From Macrostomum lignano (taxonomy: Eukaryota), in assembly GCA_002269645.1 (NCBI GenBank), contig NIVC01000986.1, forward strand, positions 310,001 to 374,000: a stretch of DNA of 64,000 nt. The letters are read 5' to 3'. The notes under the pieces were generated by a model. It saw only the letters and a list, made by a program, of their open reading frames with translations, was not told the DNA's origin and made no database searches. Of the stretch, positions 1 through 9,549 are shown piece by piece. Positions within the stretch are counted from its first letter, which is position 1, and the number at the start of each line of letters is the position of its first letter. The position numbers were made by a program, and so were the translations under genes.

Positions 1-14
1 AGAAGCTACTTAAA

Positions 15-1285
15 TTGGATGATGATGGTCCAGTTGGCTACCTATTTGAGGTTGATTTGGAATATCCAGATGTAATCCACACGCAGACACAAGATTTGCC
101 ATTTGCCCCCGAGAAGGCCGCGCCTAAGCTCGAAGAGTTTCCGCCATTCATGAAACGTCTTTGGGGCGAATTGAACACTCGCAACGAGCCGTACAAAGGC
201 TGTGTGAAACTTTTACTCACATGTCATGATAAGGAATCCTACGTCGTACATTTCCGAATTTTGAAGTTCTACTTGCGTCACGGTATGCGACTAAAAAAGG
301 TCCGAAGAGCTATTCGATTTTGTCAAGCTGCAATTTTCCAAGCCTACATTGACAGAAACAGCAAAAAGCGCTCAGTGGCTACAACGGAATTCGAAAAAGA
401 CTATTACAAACTGAAGAATAACTCCCTGTTCGGCAAAACGATGGAAAACGTACGGAAGAGGCTCAGTGTTCGAATTTCTAACAACGAGGAGCAGTCCGAA
501 ATCTATTCATCGCGTCCGAATCTTAAGGACTTTACGATTGTGACTCAAGACTTAGTAGTTTTTCAATTTTTCAAGACATCAGTCACTCTTGACCGCCCAA
601 TCTACGTTGGTCAATGTGTTTTAGATGACTCTAAGCTGGCGATGTACCGATTGTACTATGGAAAGCTAAAGCCAACATTTGAGAATCCTGCTCTCCAACA
701 AGGAGTTTCCCTATGCGGTGGGGACACCGATTCCTTCTTTCTGTGCTTTAAAAACATCGATGTTCAGAGTGCTGTTCTACCAGAACTCATTCGCCAGCGA
801 TTGCTAGATACCTCAAACTTCCCGGCCGACCATCAATTCCGATCCGATGATCTAAAAGCCAAGTTAGGCTGCATAAAGGACGAATCTGCAGGCAACCCCA
901 TCGTGAATGGATCCTTTTGAGACCAAAACTATACTCGATGAAGGCCGAGTCTGGAGGGAAGAAGGCAGCCAAAGGTGTTCAGAAGAGTGTGCTGCGGGCA
1001 GAAATCACACACGATGACTACATGCAGGCGTTTGCCAGTTTGAAGGAGCTTCGCGTCTTGACACGCAGAATCGCTAGCCGACGACACAGAGTAGTCACTT
1101 TAGAGCAACAGAAGCGTGCCCTGACTGTATGGGAGGACAAGCGTGCGTGGACTTCCCCAAACCAAAGTCTTCCGTATGGGCACTTTGCTCTAAGAGACCC
1201 CTGCCGCCACAGCTGCCGCCGTTACAATCGAGAAGCACCTCAACTAGCTGCTGATCAGGCTCCCAAGCAAATGAGGATGCAATAA
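15..1285 (+). CDS. polB: Protein-primed family B DNA polymerase, C-terminal part, with one frameshift at about 905
   Basis: YLFEVDLEYP, YKLKNNSLFGKT (motif B), GGDTDSF (motif C), then RPKLYS and KAAKGV in the next frame. Adding one G at gtg(g)aatgg restores IVEWILLRPKLYS. Confidence 0.93.
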
Positions 1286-1629
1286 CATACATTTGACTAG
1301 TGCGTACTTTTGAATTGAGCATTTGCTCAGCTTTGCATTTTGGTTTTTGGAACGCAATGTACATGTTGTCCGCATAAATGCTATAGTACTTTTCTTTAAT
1401 GTGCAACTGCTTTTTCAAAACTTGCTTAACTTTTATGAGTGTTAGTATTTTCATTTTCTTTCTTTTCCTATGTTATTTTAATATTAGTATCAATTTTCGC
1501 TGTGTTGCAGTTTGCTGACAATTTTTTAGCATATTTTCTAACCAAAAAATAAAACTAGTAAACAAGGCATATTAACGTTTTTTTCTGCTAGTTCTTGTCG
1601 GAAGATTGAAGACGGATAATTATTGTGCT

Positions 1630-2214
1630 TTATTTTAGTTGCATAAGTGTGTTAACAGAGCGAAACAGGGAAGAACTGTCGGATTTTAGCATACGCAGAG
1701 ATTTCGCCCCACTTAGAATATAAGAAGCATTATGAAAAAGCAAGCATTTACAATACTTAAGTTGACAAACTAAAGCTGAAAATGTTTCTGGTTCATACTG
1801 GGCTTTGGGCAAAACTTTAACAAGTTCAGTAAGCGGTAGCGCATTTTGGAGCTTAAAACGTCCATGAGCAGTAATAGTTTTAATTCGAACACAAATTGTT
1901 TGATGAGGCAGCAGTTGATCCGGCACTCTCCGATGCAGCATAGCCACGAAGCGACGGGCAGCCCTTTTGGCGTCTGCGTGGGTCTTGGCGCCACAGATGC
2001 TCAGCTGTCCAGTAGGGTAGAGTAGCAGAGTCACTCTGGGACTCCGCATCCGCTTGATGAGCACCCGGGGCCAGACGGGCCGGTAGATCACATGAGCCAT
2101 GCTGAGAGCCAGTTCCCGTAGAGGCAGCTGGGCGCCCCTGCCACCATCCAGTCTCAGATCCACTCCGCCAACCAGATTGGTCACTCTTAGGGCTGTAGCT
2201 GCAGGTGGACTCAT
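1630..2214 (-). CDS. Divergent TATA-binding-protein (TBP)-like protein
   Basis: Two TBP-like repeats: LRVTNLVGGVDL...IYRP...RMRSPRVTLLLYPTGQLSICGAKT...AARRF and YEPETFSAL...CLLFHNASYILSGAKS. First in-frame ATG at 2214. Confidence 0.82.
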   Translation of the reverse strand: MSPPAATALRVTNLVGGVDLRLDGGRGAQLPLRELALSMAHVIYRPVWPRVLIKRMRSPRVTLLLYPTGQLSICGAKTHADAKRAARRFVAMLHRRVPDQLLPHQTICVRIKTITAHGRFKLQNALPLTELVKVLPKAQYEPETFSALVCQLKYCKCLLFHNASYILSGAKSLRMLKSDSSSLFRSVNTLMQLK

Positions 2215-2731
2215 TTCGATCCTTGACTTCTTCACCAAATCTTCTGCCAACTTCACTGCCCCTGTGCCACGGACACTGCTCGCTTCTTAAGTTGATGCAG
2301 AACTTTGGCTTAAGCCAACTGTAGTGCAGCAATGAATTTCTCACTGCACAGCCAGTATCTGAATCTTCAATCGAGGGTGCTCCCAAATCTTCTAGGTTAT
2401 AAACCTGTCTACCAAGCAGCTCAGTCAGGAAAATAGACTTCCTTTCCCCATTTGTCCAGATCGGACCACTGGCAATCCCCAGAATGTCTTCCGCCAGTTC
2501 CATGTACGGACGGGTTCCATCACTCCACTTAAACTGGTGCAGACTCTTTGATAGCTGTCTGTAGCAAACTCGCATGTCAGGTGAGACTCTCTCCCATGGA
2601 TACGGAGGTGCGTACACATGGTGAGCAATTCGGTAGCTTCCCGCTCTGACTTGAACAACTGCCAACTCTTTCACAACAAATTTTTTGCTTGTGCTGTTGC
2701 ACGGGAATCCTTGGAAGTCAATGTAGTTCAT
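1880..2731 (-). CDS. Maverick accessory protein, possibly DEDD/DnaQ-like nuclease fold; only the N-terminal ~140 aa looks genuine
   Basis: YIDFQGF...FVVKELAV...APPYPW...HQFKWSDGTRPY...VYNLEDLGAPS resembles a recurring Maverick ORF family. The C-terminal half overlaps the TBP-like gene and looks like read-through. Confidence 0.5.
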   Translation of the reverse strand: MNYIDFQGFPCNSTSKKFVVKELAVVQVRAGSYRIAHHVYAPPYPWERVSPDMRVCYRQLSKSLHQFKWSDGTRPYMELAEDILGIASGPIWTNGERKSIFLTELLGRQVYNLEDLGAPSIEDSDTGCAVRNSLLHYSWLKPKFCINLRSEQCPWHRGSEVGRRFGEEVKDRNESTCSYSPKSDQSGWRSGSETGWWQGRPAASTGTGSQHGSCDLPARLAPGAHQADAESQSDSATLPYWTAEHLWRQDPRRRQKGCPSLRGYAASESAGSTAASSNNLCSN

Positions 2732-2759
2732 GATGCAGCTTTCCCTCGAAATTTCGGAG

Positions 2760-3452
2760 TCAGTCCACCTTCTTATATACTTTTCTGGCAGGCAGTTTCA
2801 GCCAGGCTGTGTTGCTGCCGTACCCCTTGACTAGACTCTCCTGTTCTTTCTCCAGTTCACTCCCTCTGCTGGTTGCCATTTTCTTTTTAACTGATTTACC
2901 AACAGCGGAAAGCGGAACATTAAGCTTTTTCTGCTGCAGCAAATCGATGAACTCGTTCCAGCCAACTGGTTCACGCTCACATGGCGAATCCCTCACTGCG
3001 TGCTGAATCAAGTCCAGTATGTTTGAGGAAGGGATTGACGTGCCTGCGATTTCCACCTCTCCGTTTTCACAAACTCGAATCAGCTCTGGATTGGTGGACA
3101 CGATCGTCCATAGACTGCGAGCCCTGGTTTTGAATTTTTGTGGCACCGACTTGCTGATCTTCTCTTCCCAGGTGCTCATCTGTGGTGTCTCTGTTTTCAT
3201 CAACTTGGCTTCAGCATTGCGTGCTCCTTCTTTTCCAGCGTGCTTGCGCTTGGCCAGCAAACTTTGCATTGCACTTTGATACATGGCGGTTTTCACATCT
3301 TCTGGACAATCTTCGGCATACAAGATATCATCGCATTTCTTCTGAGCCTGCTTCAAGTTAGCGTCAGTGCTATTCTCATTCGGCTTCAAATTCTGCATCA
3401 ACATCTCATACTCTGCTTTAGGAATCAGAACCATTTCTGAAAATTTGTTCAT
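2760..3452 (-). CDS. Conserved Polinton protein (PZ-like)
   Basis: NGEVEIAGTSIPSSNILDLIQHAVR...PVGWNEF...LNVPLSAVG matches the PZ pattern; typical position near the ATPase. Confidence 0.72.
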   Translation of the reverse strand: MNKFSEMVLIPKAEYEMLMQNLKPNENSTDANLKQAQKKCDDILYAEDCPEDVKTAMYQSAMQSLLAKRKHAGKEGARNAEAKLMKTETPQMSTWEEKISKSVPQKFKTRARSLWTIVSTNPELIRVCENGEVEIAGTSIPSSNILDLIQHAVRDSPCEREPVGWNEFIDLLQQKKLNVPLSAVGKSVKKKMATSRGSELEKEQESLVKGYGSNTAWLKLPARKVYKKVD

Positions 3453-3696
3453 TTTGCTTCTTCTTCTTTACCAGCTTAAGCAGAATCGGGAGTATTTTAA
3501 TGAAGCCAGCCTTCAACAAGTCTGTCTTTCTTCTTTTGTGAGTAATCTTTCGAATTATCTCTTTTGACTTTGCAAGAACAGCTTTTTCATCGAGCAAAAA
3601 CGATATATTGTTTTGTAAGAGATTATGGCAGGCCTCGACAAGAAAATAACGCACTTCTTTTGGACAATTTTTTATCAACAGCCGCTTGAAGCGCAC
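3418..3696 (-). CDS. Small basic conserved Polinton protein (core-protein-like)
   Basis: LVEACHNLLQNNI...KAGFIKILPILL resembles the small ORF usually found just upstream of PZ. Confidence 0.6.
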   Translation of the reverse strand: MRFKRLLIKNCPKEVRYFLVEACHNLLQNNISFLLDEKAVLAKSKEIIRKITHKRRKTDLLKAGFIKILPILLKLVKKKKQNEQIFRNGSDS

Positions 3697-3798
3697 GGTA
3701 TATTTAGGTGACGCGACACCGCAAAAATACTTGCATGTGAATCAAGCACTTCCATAGCGATGAAAACAATAGCTGATGAACAAACAAGCTTCACTTTC

Positions 3799-4479
3799 TT
3801 AAGCAAATACAAGATGGGGTCGCTGGTTGGGTAGAATTCTGGCCCGCACTCGCAGCTCATCGGGAGTTGATGGGTGAAAGTCTAGGAACAGGTAGGCTCT
3901 CCTGCCCTGCGCGGTCACGTGCTTGAACACTGACAGCAGAAAGCCGGGCTTCTCTGTAAAGCACTGCCTGCCCAGTGCTGCAATCTGCAGCTGGTCTCTG
4001 GGGTTTTTCAAGATAGCTAAGTACATTACATTCAAGCTCATTGTTCGCGACTCTTTTCCCTTAAAAAATATATTCTGAGTCAGCATCACCAAGAAGCACG
4101 GCAAGTGATGTGCGATTCCTGTGAAAAAATTTCGCATTGAAGCAGAGTTTGAAGTTTCCTCTATTAAGTCATCGAAAACAACCAGGTCATTGGGCCTAAG
4201 TGCTGCCTCGATGTTGGTGGGAAATCCCTGGCGCAGCTGCACACCTAGGCTGCTCAGTTCTGCATGGCCTGCCTGTGAGATCCCATAGTACCACAGAACT
4301 CTGCCAGGCTTCACATCAAACATGACGTCTCTGTACTGGATCAGGTGTTTGATGAAGGTTGTTTTTCCTGCATTGGTGGGCCCGCAGACAATCATGCAGC
4401 TTCCCTGCCTGAGGCGGATATCGTGGCAAACTCGCTTTTCTGCCCTGTCTAATGCATAAATATTAGAAATCACGCACAT
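3799..4479 (-). CDS. A32/FtsK-HerA family DNA packaging ATPase
   Basis: Walker A GPTNAGKTT, Walker B LVVFDD, then LTQNIF and KNPRD. Confidence 0.95.
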   Translation of the reverse strand: MCVISNIYALDRAEKRVCHDIRLRQGSCMIVCGPTNAGKTTFIKHLIQYRDVMFDVKPGRVLWYYGISQAGHAELSSLGVQLRQGFPTNIEAALRPNDLVVFDDLIEETSNSASMRNFFTGIAHHLPCFLVMLTQNIFFKGKESRTMSLNVMYLAILKNPRDQLQIAALGRQCFTEKPGFLLSVFKHVTAQGRRAYLFLDFHPSTPDELRVRARILPNQRPHLVFA

Positions 4480-4979
4480 CTTTTTCTTAAGTTGGCTTCA
4501 AACCTCTGTAAGATTCTATCATTTAAATGATTTTTTTCATTAGCATGCAAATGCTTCAAAATCCCCTCAAATGACCGATTGAACAGAAACTTTTGATAAG
4601 CAAAATAGATGCAAAACATTCCGCATTTATTAGAGTTAGCACATTGAAATCTGTTTATATTGCTTCGGAGCCAAAAGCCAGTTGTTTTAATCTCTCGAAA
4701 CAAATTATAAACCACAGATAAAATTTCAGGTTCCCAGCCGAGGGAGTTGAACAGCTCAATGCAATTTCCTTGTCCAACATAGCACACCACCCAATGACCA
4801 AATGAACCATTGTGCTGTAGTAGAACAAAAACAAACTTATTTTCAAAGGAAATTGATCGATATTTTCTTTTTAGACTCAAAGGCAAAACATTTTTATAGC
4901 GTGAATGTAAAGTAATGATGAGAAATTTTCGGCAAGACAAAAATTTTCTGGCGAGATTAAGTAGTTGAATTGCGTCCAT
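4470..4979 (-). CDS. Adenain-like cysteine maturation protease
   Basis: GHWV, FNSLG, FQC...KCGMFC catalytic pattern. Confidence 0.92.
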   Translation of the reverse strand: MDAIQLLNLARKFLSCRKFLIITLHSRYKNVLPLSLKRKYRSISFENKFVFVLLQHNGSFGHWVVCYVGQGNCIELFNSLGWEPEILSVVYNLFREIKTTGFWLRSNINRFQCANSNKCGMFCIYFAYQKFLFNRSFEGILKHLHANEKNHLNDRILQRFEANLRKRCA

Positions 4980-4984
4980 GCCAA

Positions 4985-6262
4985 TTAAGAGGAATAGTCC
5001 AGCAAAAGCTCCCGGTGCTTGGTGACCTCAATCAGCGAGTCATACAGGCACAGAGCGATCAGGGACACCGCTTCGTCCAGAGCCTGTCGAAAGCGAATCT
5101 CCAGCCGCAGGTTGCCCTCCTTCTGTCCGTACCACAGAGCCGCTCTCTCTGGTGTGAGATCGAATGCAAACACCGTGTTGTTGTTGGAGAAGAGCTGGTA
5201 GGGGATCCACGGGACCGAATTGCTTGCAGATTGACAGCTTTTCAGGTAGTGCAAGTATTCTCTTACAAAGGAATTGTTTTCAGGTGTGAAGGCGCCGTGG
5301 CACACGGTTTCCCCACCTTTCTTTAGAGCCAACCGGCTGAGGTTGAAGCTCTGGAACTGGAACGGACTCGCGTGATGATGACCGTTGAATGCTCGGTGGC
5401 TCACGAAGGCCAGCATGATGAACTTCGGCAATTTTCCATGAGTGAATCCTTCAATGTTTTTAGATTGAATGCCCTGGGGTAGGATGAAGTTCTGCATTTC
5501 AGTTCGCTCGATGGGATACAGTGCATTTTGGTTTGTCAGCCCCTGCTCGTGAGCCAGGCTGATGTGGGGCACCACTTTGACTCGGCGAAGATGAAGAATG
5601 CTGTGAGAGATTTCCATGCGATAAGCCGCGTTGTTTGCATTCGGGGTTCTGATGGCAAAGGCCCCATCGCTGGGGACCAGTTTGATGTGCAAGTGCAGAT
5701 TGTTTAGCAGAAACACTGGGCACTGGAAAACGTCGCTGAAGAGCGGCCCCGCATACTCCATCCATCGGGATTCCCTGTGGCTCTCCGTGTGCTCTTCAGC
5801 TGCAGAGTCCGGCTCCAGGAAGCCAGCTGGGTAAAGTTTTAGTTGCTGGGCATCAGATGAGCTCATTAGTGCTTTGAAGTACGCATGGTAGGGATAGAGT
5901 TGGTCTCCACCAGACACCACTCGCTGGTTAATGCTCACAATTACATCTGAGAAGGCTGTAGACAGAACAAAGTTTTCTGGGTGCACGTCACTGTCTCTGC
6001 GATCGGTGATGATGCCATCTCCATCTCGAACATCCTCCCTCAGCAAACCCCCATCCAGTCTCACAAGGCGGCAGCGAATATAAAGAAAAGAATTAAGCAG
6101 ATCTGTGTATTCATCGGCAGATTGGTGGCAGTCAAATTCAATGGGGGAGTTTGCAGTAATGGAATTAACTGGGTGAATATCAACATAAGTAGCTTTTTCA
6201 ATGCAGGTTTGTAGAACGGGCGTCTTAAATAAATCAAGTCTGGGATTGAATCCGTAAGCCAT
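4985..6262 (-). CDS. Double jelly-roll major capsid protein (PY)
   Basis: LDLFKTPVLQTCIEKATYVDIHPV, SPIEF, YPYHAY, LPKFIMLAFV, FAFDLTP, GNLRLEIRF. Confidence 0.93.
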   Translation of the reverse strand: MAYGFNPRLDLFKTPVLQTCIEKATYVDIHPVNSITANSPIEFDCHQSADEYTDLLNSFLYIRCRLVRLDGGLLREDVRDGDGIITDRRDSDVHPENFVLSTAFSDVIVSINQRVVSGGDQLYPYHAYFKALMSSSDAQQLKLYPAGFLEPDSAAEEHTESHRESRWMEYAGPLFSDVFQCPVFLLNNLHLHIKLVPSDGAFAIRTPNANNAAYRMEISHSILHLRRVKVVPHISLAHEQGLTNQNALYPIERTEMQNFILPQGIQSKNIEGFTHGKLPKFIMLAFVSHRAFNGHHHASPFQFQSFNLSRLALKKGGETVCHGAFTPENNSFVREYLHYLKSCQSASNSVPWIPYQLFSNNNTVFAFDLTPERAALWYGQKEGNLRLEIRFRQALDEAVSLIALCLYDSLIEVTKHRELLLDYSS

Positions 6263-6264
6263 GT

Positions 6265-6654
6265 CTATGACAGAGAGTCGAGCACGCGTTTCACAGTTTT
6301 CTTGCTGACTTTTTGCTTTCGCTTTCCTCCGCCTGCTCTATTCTTCTTTGCTTTCGTCTTCCTATTCTTAAGCTTTTTCCTACTAGCCTTGCTCGGCTTT
6401 CTTCCATTGCACCTCTTATTGGTGCGATCGCCACCAGTTGCCTTTCGGGTGCGCTTCTTCTTCTTCAATCGTTTCGGACTTGCTTCAGCATTTCTTTTGC
6501 GCCTGACATTGCTAAGCGTTGAGGATAATGATGTAGCCGCTGGAGGAGGCTGGTATGTCATGATCCCCGGAAAGCTCCCACAGCCATAGAGTGCAGGCTT
6601 TTCGTGTGCTGTCCTCACCCCCGAATATTGCTGGATTAGCTGCTGGTAGTTCAT
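6265..6654 (-). CDS. Lys/Arg-rich basic core protein (PW-like)
   Basis: Very K/R-rich C-terminus; lies between minor and major capsid genes; ATG at 6654 overlaps the minor-capsid TGA (ATGA). Confidence 0.65.
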   Translation of the reverse strand: MNYQQLIQQYSGVRTAHEKPALYGCGSFPGIMTYQPPPAATSLSSTLSNVRRKRNAEASPKRLKKKKRTRKATGGDRTNKRCNGRKPSKASRKKLKNRKTKAKKNRAGGGKRKQKVSKKTVKRVLDSLS

Positions 6655-7469
6655 TGAATGCGTTTCTCCCGAATCTGAACTGTGAGCAGAACAGAGCTGT
6701 GAGTCTGGGCAATCAGTGGGCAACCATAGATGTCCCGCAGCTGAACTCGAATGCTGTGAAGAAGACTGATTCGTTGAATCGGGAAGAATATTGTTTTCTT
6801 AAATATTTTTGTTTGATAGTTGCCCCATTCAATGCCAGCTTTCATTCCAACTGTTCTCAACAAGGAGCCCCAGTTGCAATTAGTTGACTCAACGACACTG
6901 CAGTGTACATTGATTAAGCTGGTGCGCGGACAGCCAATGCAATGCTCGGACACGCGGCTCCCTGGATGGATTTTCACAGCCTGGTTTCCAAATCCCAGCC
7001 AATGCAGAATTTTGCTGGATGGGAGAAACAGCTCTGCTCTCGTCGTGTTGTTGTGCACCACAGTTCGTGAGTTGCGGATTTCGAACTTCATACCGAATTC
7101 CCTGTTGCCACTACGCCCCATCAGGCCGGACTCATCAGCCTCCATCTCAGACTCCCTGTCACTCATCGCATCAAAGAACAGCGAATCAGAGTTGGCCAGC
7201 AGCTCATTCAGGCGCTCCACCAGCTCCTCCACTCTAGCAAAGCGTCCGGGTTGAAGAACCAGGGCCTCATGCTCTCTTCCATCTGAGACAGTGAAGCAGT
7301 AAGGCTCGTCAACATTGAACCATGCAGCAGGCAGATGGATTTCAGCCAGACCTGCCTCATAGTCCACATTTCGATCCAAGTAAATAGGTGAAGGCAGGTA
7401 AAAATTAAAGTCACTAGGAGTACCTTCAGCATGCTCACTGTTAATCAAAATAGTTCGCATTATAATCAT
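6651..7469 (-). CDS. Minor capsid (penton-like, PX) protein
   Basis: PSDFNFYLPSPIYL...YEAGLAEIHLP...WFNV...PGRF...INVHCSVVES...SIRVQLRD. Confidence 0.88.
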   Translation of the reverse strand: MIIMRTILINSEHAEGTPSDFNFYLPSPIYLDRNVDYEAGLAEIHLPAAWFNVDEPYCFTVSDGREHEALVLQPGRFARVEELVERLNELLANSDSLFFDAMSDRESEMEADESGLMGRSGNREFGMKFEIRNSRTVVHNNTTRAELFLPSSKILHWLGFGNQAVKIHPGSRVSEHCIGCPRTSLINVHCSVVESTNCNWGSLLRTVGMKAGIEWGNYQTKIFKKTIFFPIQRISLLHSIRVQLRDIYGCPLIAQTHSSVLLTVQIREKRIQ

Positions 7470-7497
7470 AAACTACATGATGAGGGATGTGTCAAAG

Positions 7498-8207
7498 CTA
7501 AACCTTTCTTAAGTCTTTTTCATCCACCCAGCCAGTCGAATCGTAGCCGGCCCACTTCACCAGATAGCGAATTTTTCCCTTCCGCTTCTCCGTTTTCAGG
7601 ATCTTCTCAATCACATACAGCCGCTGTGAGTCCGGGACAGCCTGCAGCTCGTGGTCATGGAAGAGTCCTCGAATCTCTTCCCCCCGCATGTCTTTAATCT
7701 TGTACATGTAGGGATAATGTTTTGGGGCTCTGCTCACCACGGTGTACACTTCCTCACTCCAGCTCGCTTTGTATCCCTTTTTGAATAGCCGTGGAGCATT
7801 GGAAATTCTCACTGACTGGTTTTCAGCGAACTTAGGCTTCCTTAATTCTTCTAGAGTCTCGGCTGCTTTTCCGTCGTACAGGTTCATCCACACTTCAGAT
7901 TCATTCTCTTTGCAGACACTAGTGGGTGCCATTTTGATGCTTCTGTGATAGGTATTGTTGTAAGATTTTACCAGCTTAGGCAGCACATCAAGCCAGTGCA
8001 GTGTGCTCTTGTAGGTGAAGTAGCGCCACATTCTACTTTTCAGAGTCCGATTCCATCGCTCAATGACAGCCGCCTTCTGCTCGCTGTTAGTTGGGAAAGC
8101 CAGAATCCCTCTGTCAATGCAGTATTGACGGAAAGTGGAGTTGATAAATTCCTTCCCCTGATCTGTGCGAACTGTGCGTGGCTGGCGCTTTGAACTTCTC
8201 AGTATGC
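7498..8207 (-). pseudogene. int: Maverick A retroviral-like integrase, 3' part with chromodomain (interrupted)
   Basis: RTDQGKEF, AVIERWNRTLK, YHRSIKM and chromodomain YLVKWAGY. The frame continues up to the LTR edge at 8208. Confidence 0.93.
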
Positions 8208-8730
8208 TGTGACGATATCTGGTCCGAGTTCGCGTGCTGACGGGCTGCTATTAAAGTAGTGAGTAAACACACAGTTAGTGGTGACGATAACTGACGGCGC
8301 CGATAATTCGATTACGGATTATGTATATTTGCAGGTTACACATGTAGTGGTTATTGCTGATGCTAACTGGTAACGAACAATTGCAGTGTCAATGGAATGG
8401 CTTCGAAGATGACCTTAGTGGGTAACACTACTAAATTGAGAGCGATCTTGAACTACTGTTTTTTTAGTGTTTACTAAAATCAATCAGCGTTTACTAAAAT
8501 CAAATTACTGGCGATAGGAACAGCAGCCGCACACCACGCTCAGTCTTCTCCGAAGCCACAGAATTAAAAATGTTAAATATAACTATTTAATGCAGTAAAA
8601 CAAAGCATTGCTTACTATTTTCAATAAACATAAAAGTGAAACCAATTGATATAAATAAAGTACATATTAAATACTTTTTAGTAGATATTAATCGACGAAC
8701 TGGGAGAATAAAAGAACCACCAACGTCACA
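8208..8730 (-). repeat. 3' LTR
   Basis: Identical to 16288-16810 except one base (gaattaaaaa vs gaattcaaaa). Confidence 0.97.
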
Positions 8731-8744
8731 CTCGCCTCTCTCCC
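8731..8744 (-). promoter_or_regulatory. Polypurine tract
   Basis: GGGAGAGAGGCGAG on the minus strand directly abutting the 3' LTR. Confidence 0.85.
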
Positions 8745-9130
8745 AAAAAAAACAAAAAACGAAGCGCTTTCTACTTCAAGTAGTGATTTCGAACATTGTT
8801 TTTCAAAATGAATTTGGTACGATTGGGCCGCGTTGCAAAAATCGAATTTTTTGAACAATTGAAGATAATTTCGCAAAGTAGAACGATGGAGTAAAATTGA
8901 ACATTCCAACGAAACAGCAACAAGGATTGATTGATTTTTAAACGCATGCGCAGCTAGCATTTGGATAGAGGAGTAAAATGTGATATTCGCGCGAACAAGG
9001 AAGCCTAATAACGAATAAGTAGTAACAACTGAATATTGATAATTATGACAAAATTTACTGACAGCATCGACGGGACCCGTGCTGCAGATGCCTCAGACTC
9101 GAACACCGCGCCAAGAACTTGCACTGCGCG

Positions 9131-9313
9131 GCCAGCAGTTGATGAAGCGGCCGGCTGCCGCCAGCAGATGATGAAGCGGCCGACTGCCGCCAGCAGATGA
9201 TGAAGCGGCCGGATGCCGCCAGCAGATGATGAAGCGGCCGACTGCCGCCAGCAGTTGATGAAGCGGCCGACTGCCGCCAGCAGATGATGAAGCGGCCGAC
9301 TGCCGCCAGCAGA
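9131..9313. repeat. 29-bp GC-rich tandem repeat (6 units plus a partial) in the Gypsy 3' UTR
   Basis: Unit GCCAGCAG(A/T)TGATGAAGCGGCCG(A/G)(C/A)TGCC starting at 9131, 9160, 9189, 9218, 9247 and 9276. Confidence 0.93.
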
Positions 9314-9549
9314 AACCCGCACCAGACAACGGAACAACAGATAACCAGCCACACAGAGGAGCGCACAGCACGGCACCAGGCACCACACAACACAGCCAAA
9401 CATAACCACGGCAACCCACCACAACGGCCAGCAACACAGAAAAAAACAAAGAGCAACCACACCGGGAGGGCACCGCCCCAAAGCAACAGAAGCCACCCCG
9501 GAGGAGCACATCACAGGCAGCAGACTACACCCCCCCGAAAGGGCAGGGA

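Noticed and set aside
1095-1454. 119-aa minus-strand ORF
   Set aside because: TTG start, antisense to the polB end and its AT-rich 3' region; no motif.
9131-9313. CRISPR-like appearance of the 29-bp repeats
   Set aside because: Units are contiguous with no unique spacers, there are no cas genes, and the context is eukaryotic.
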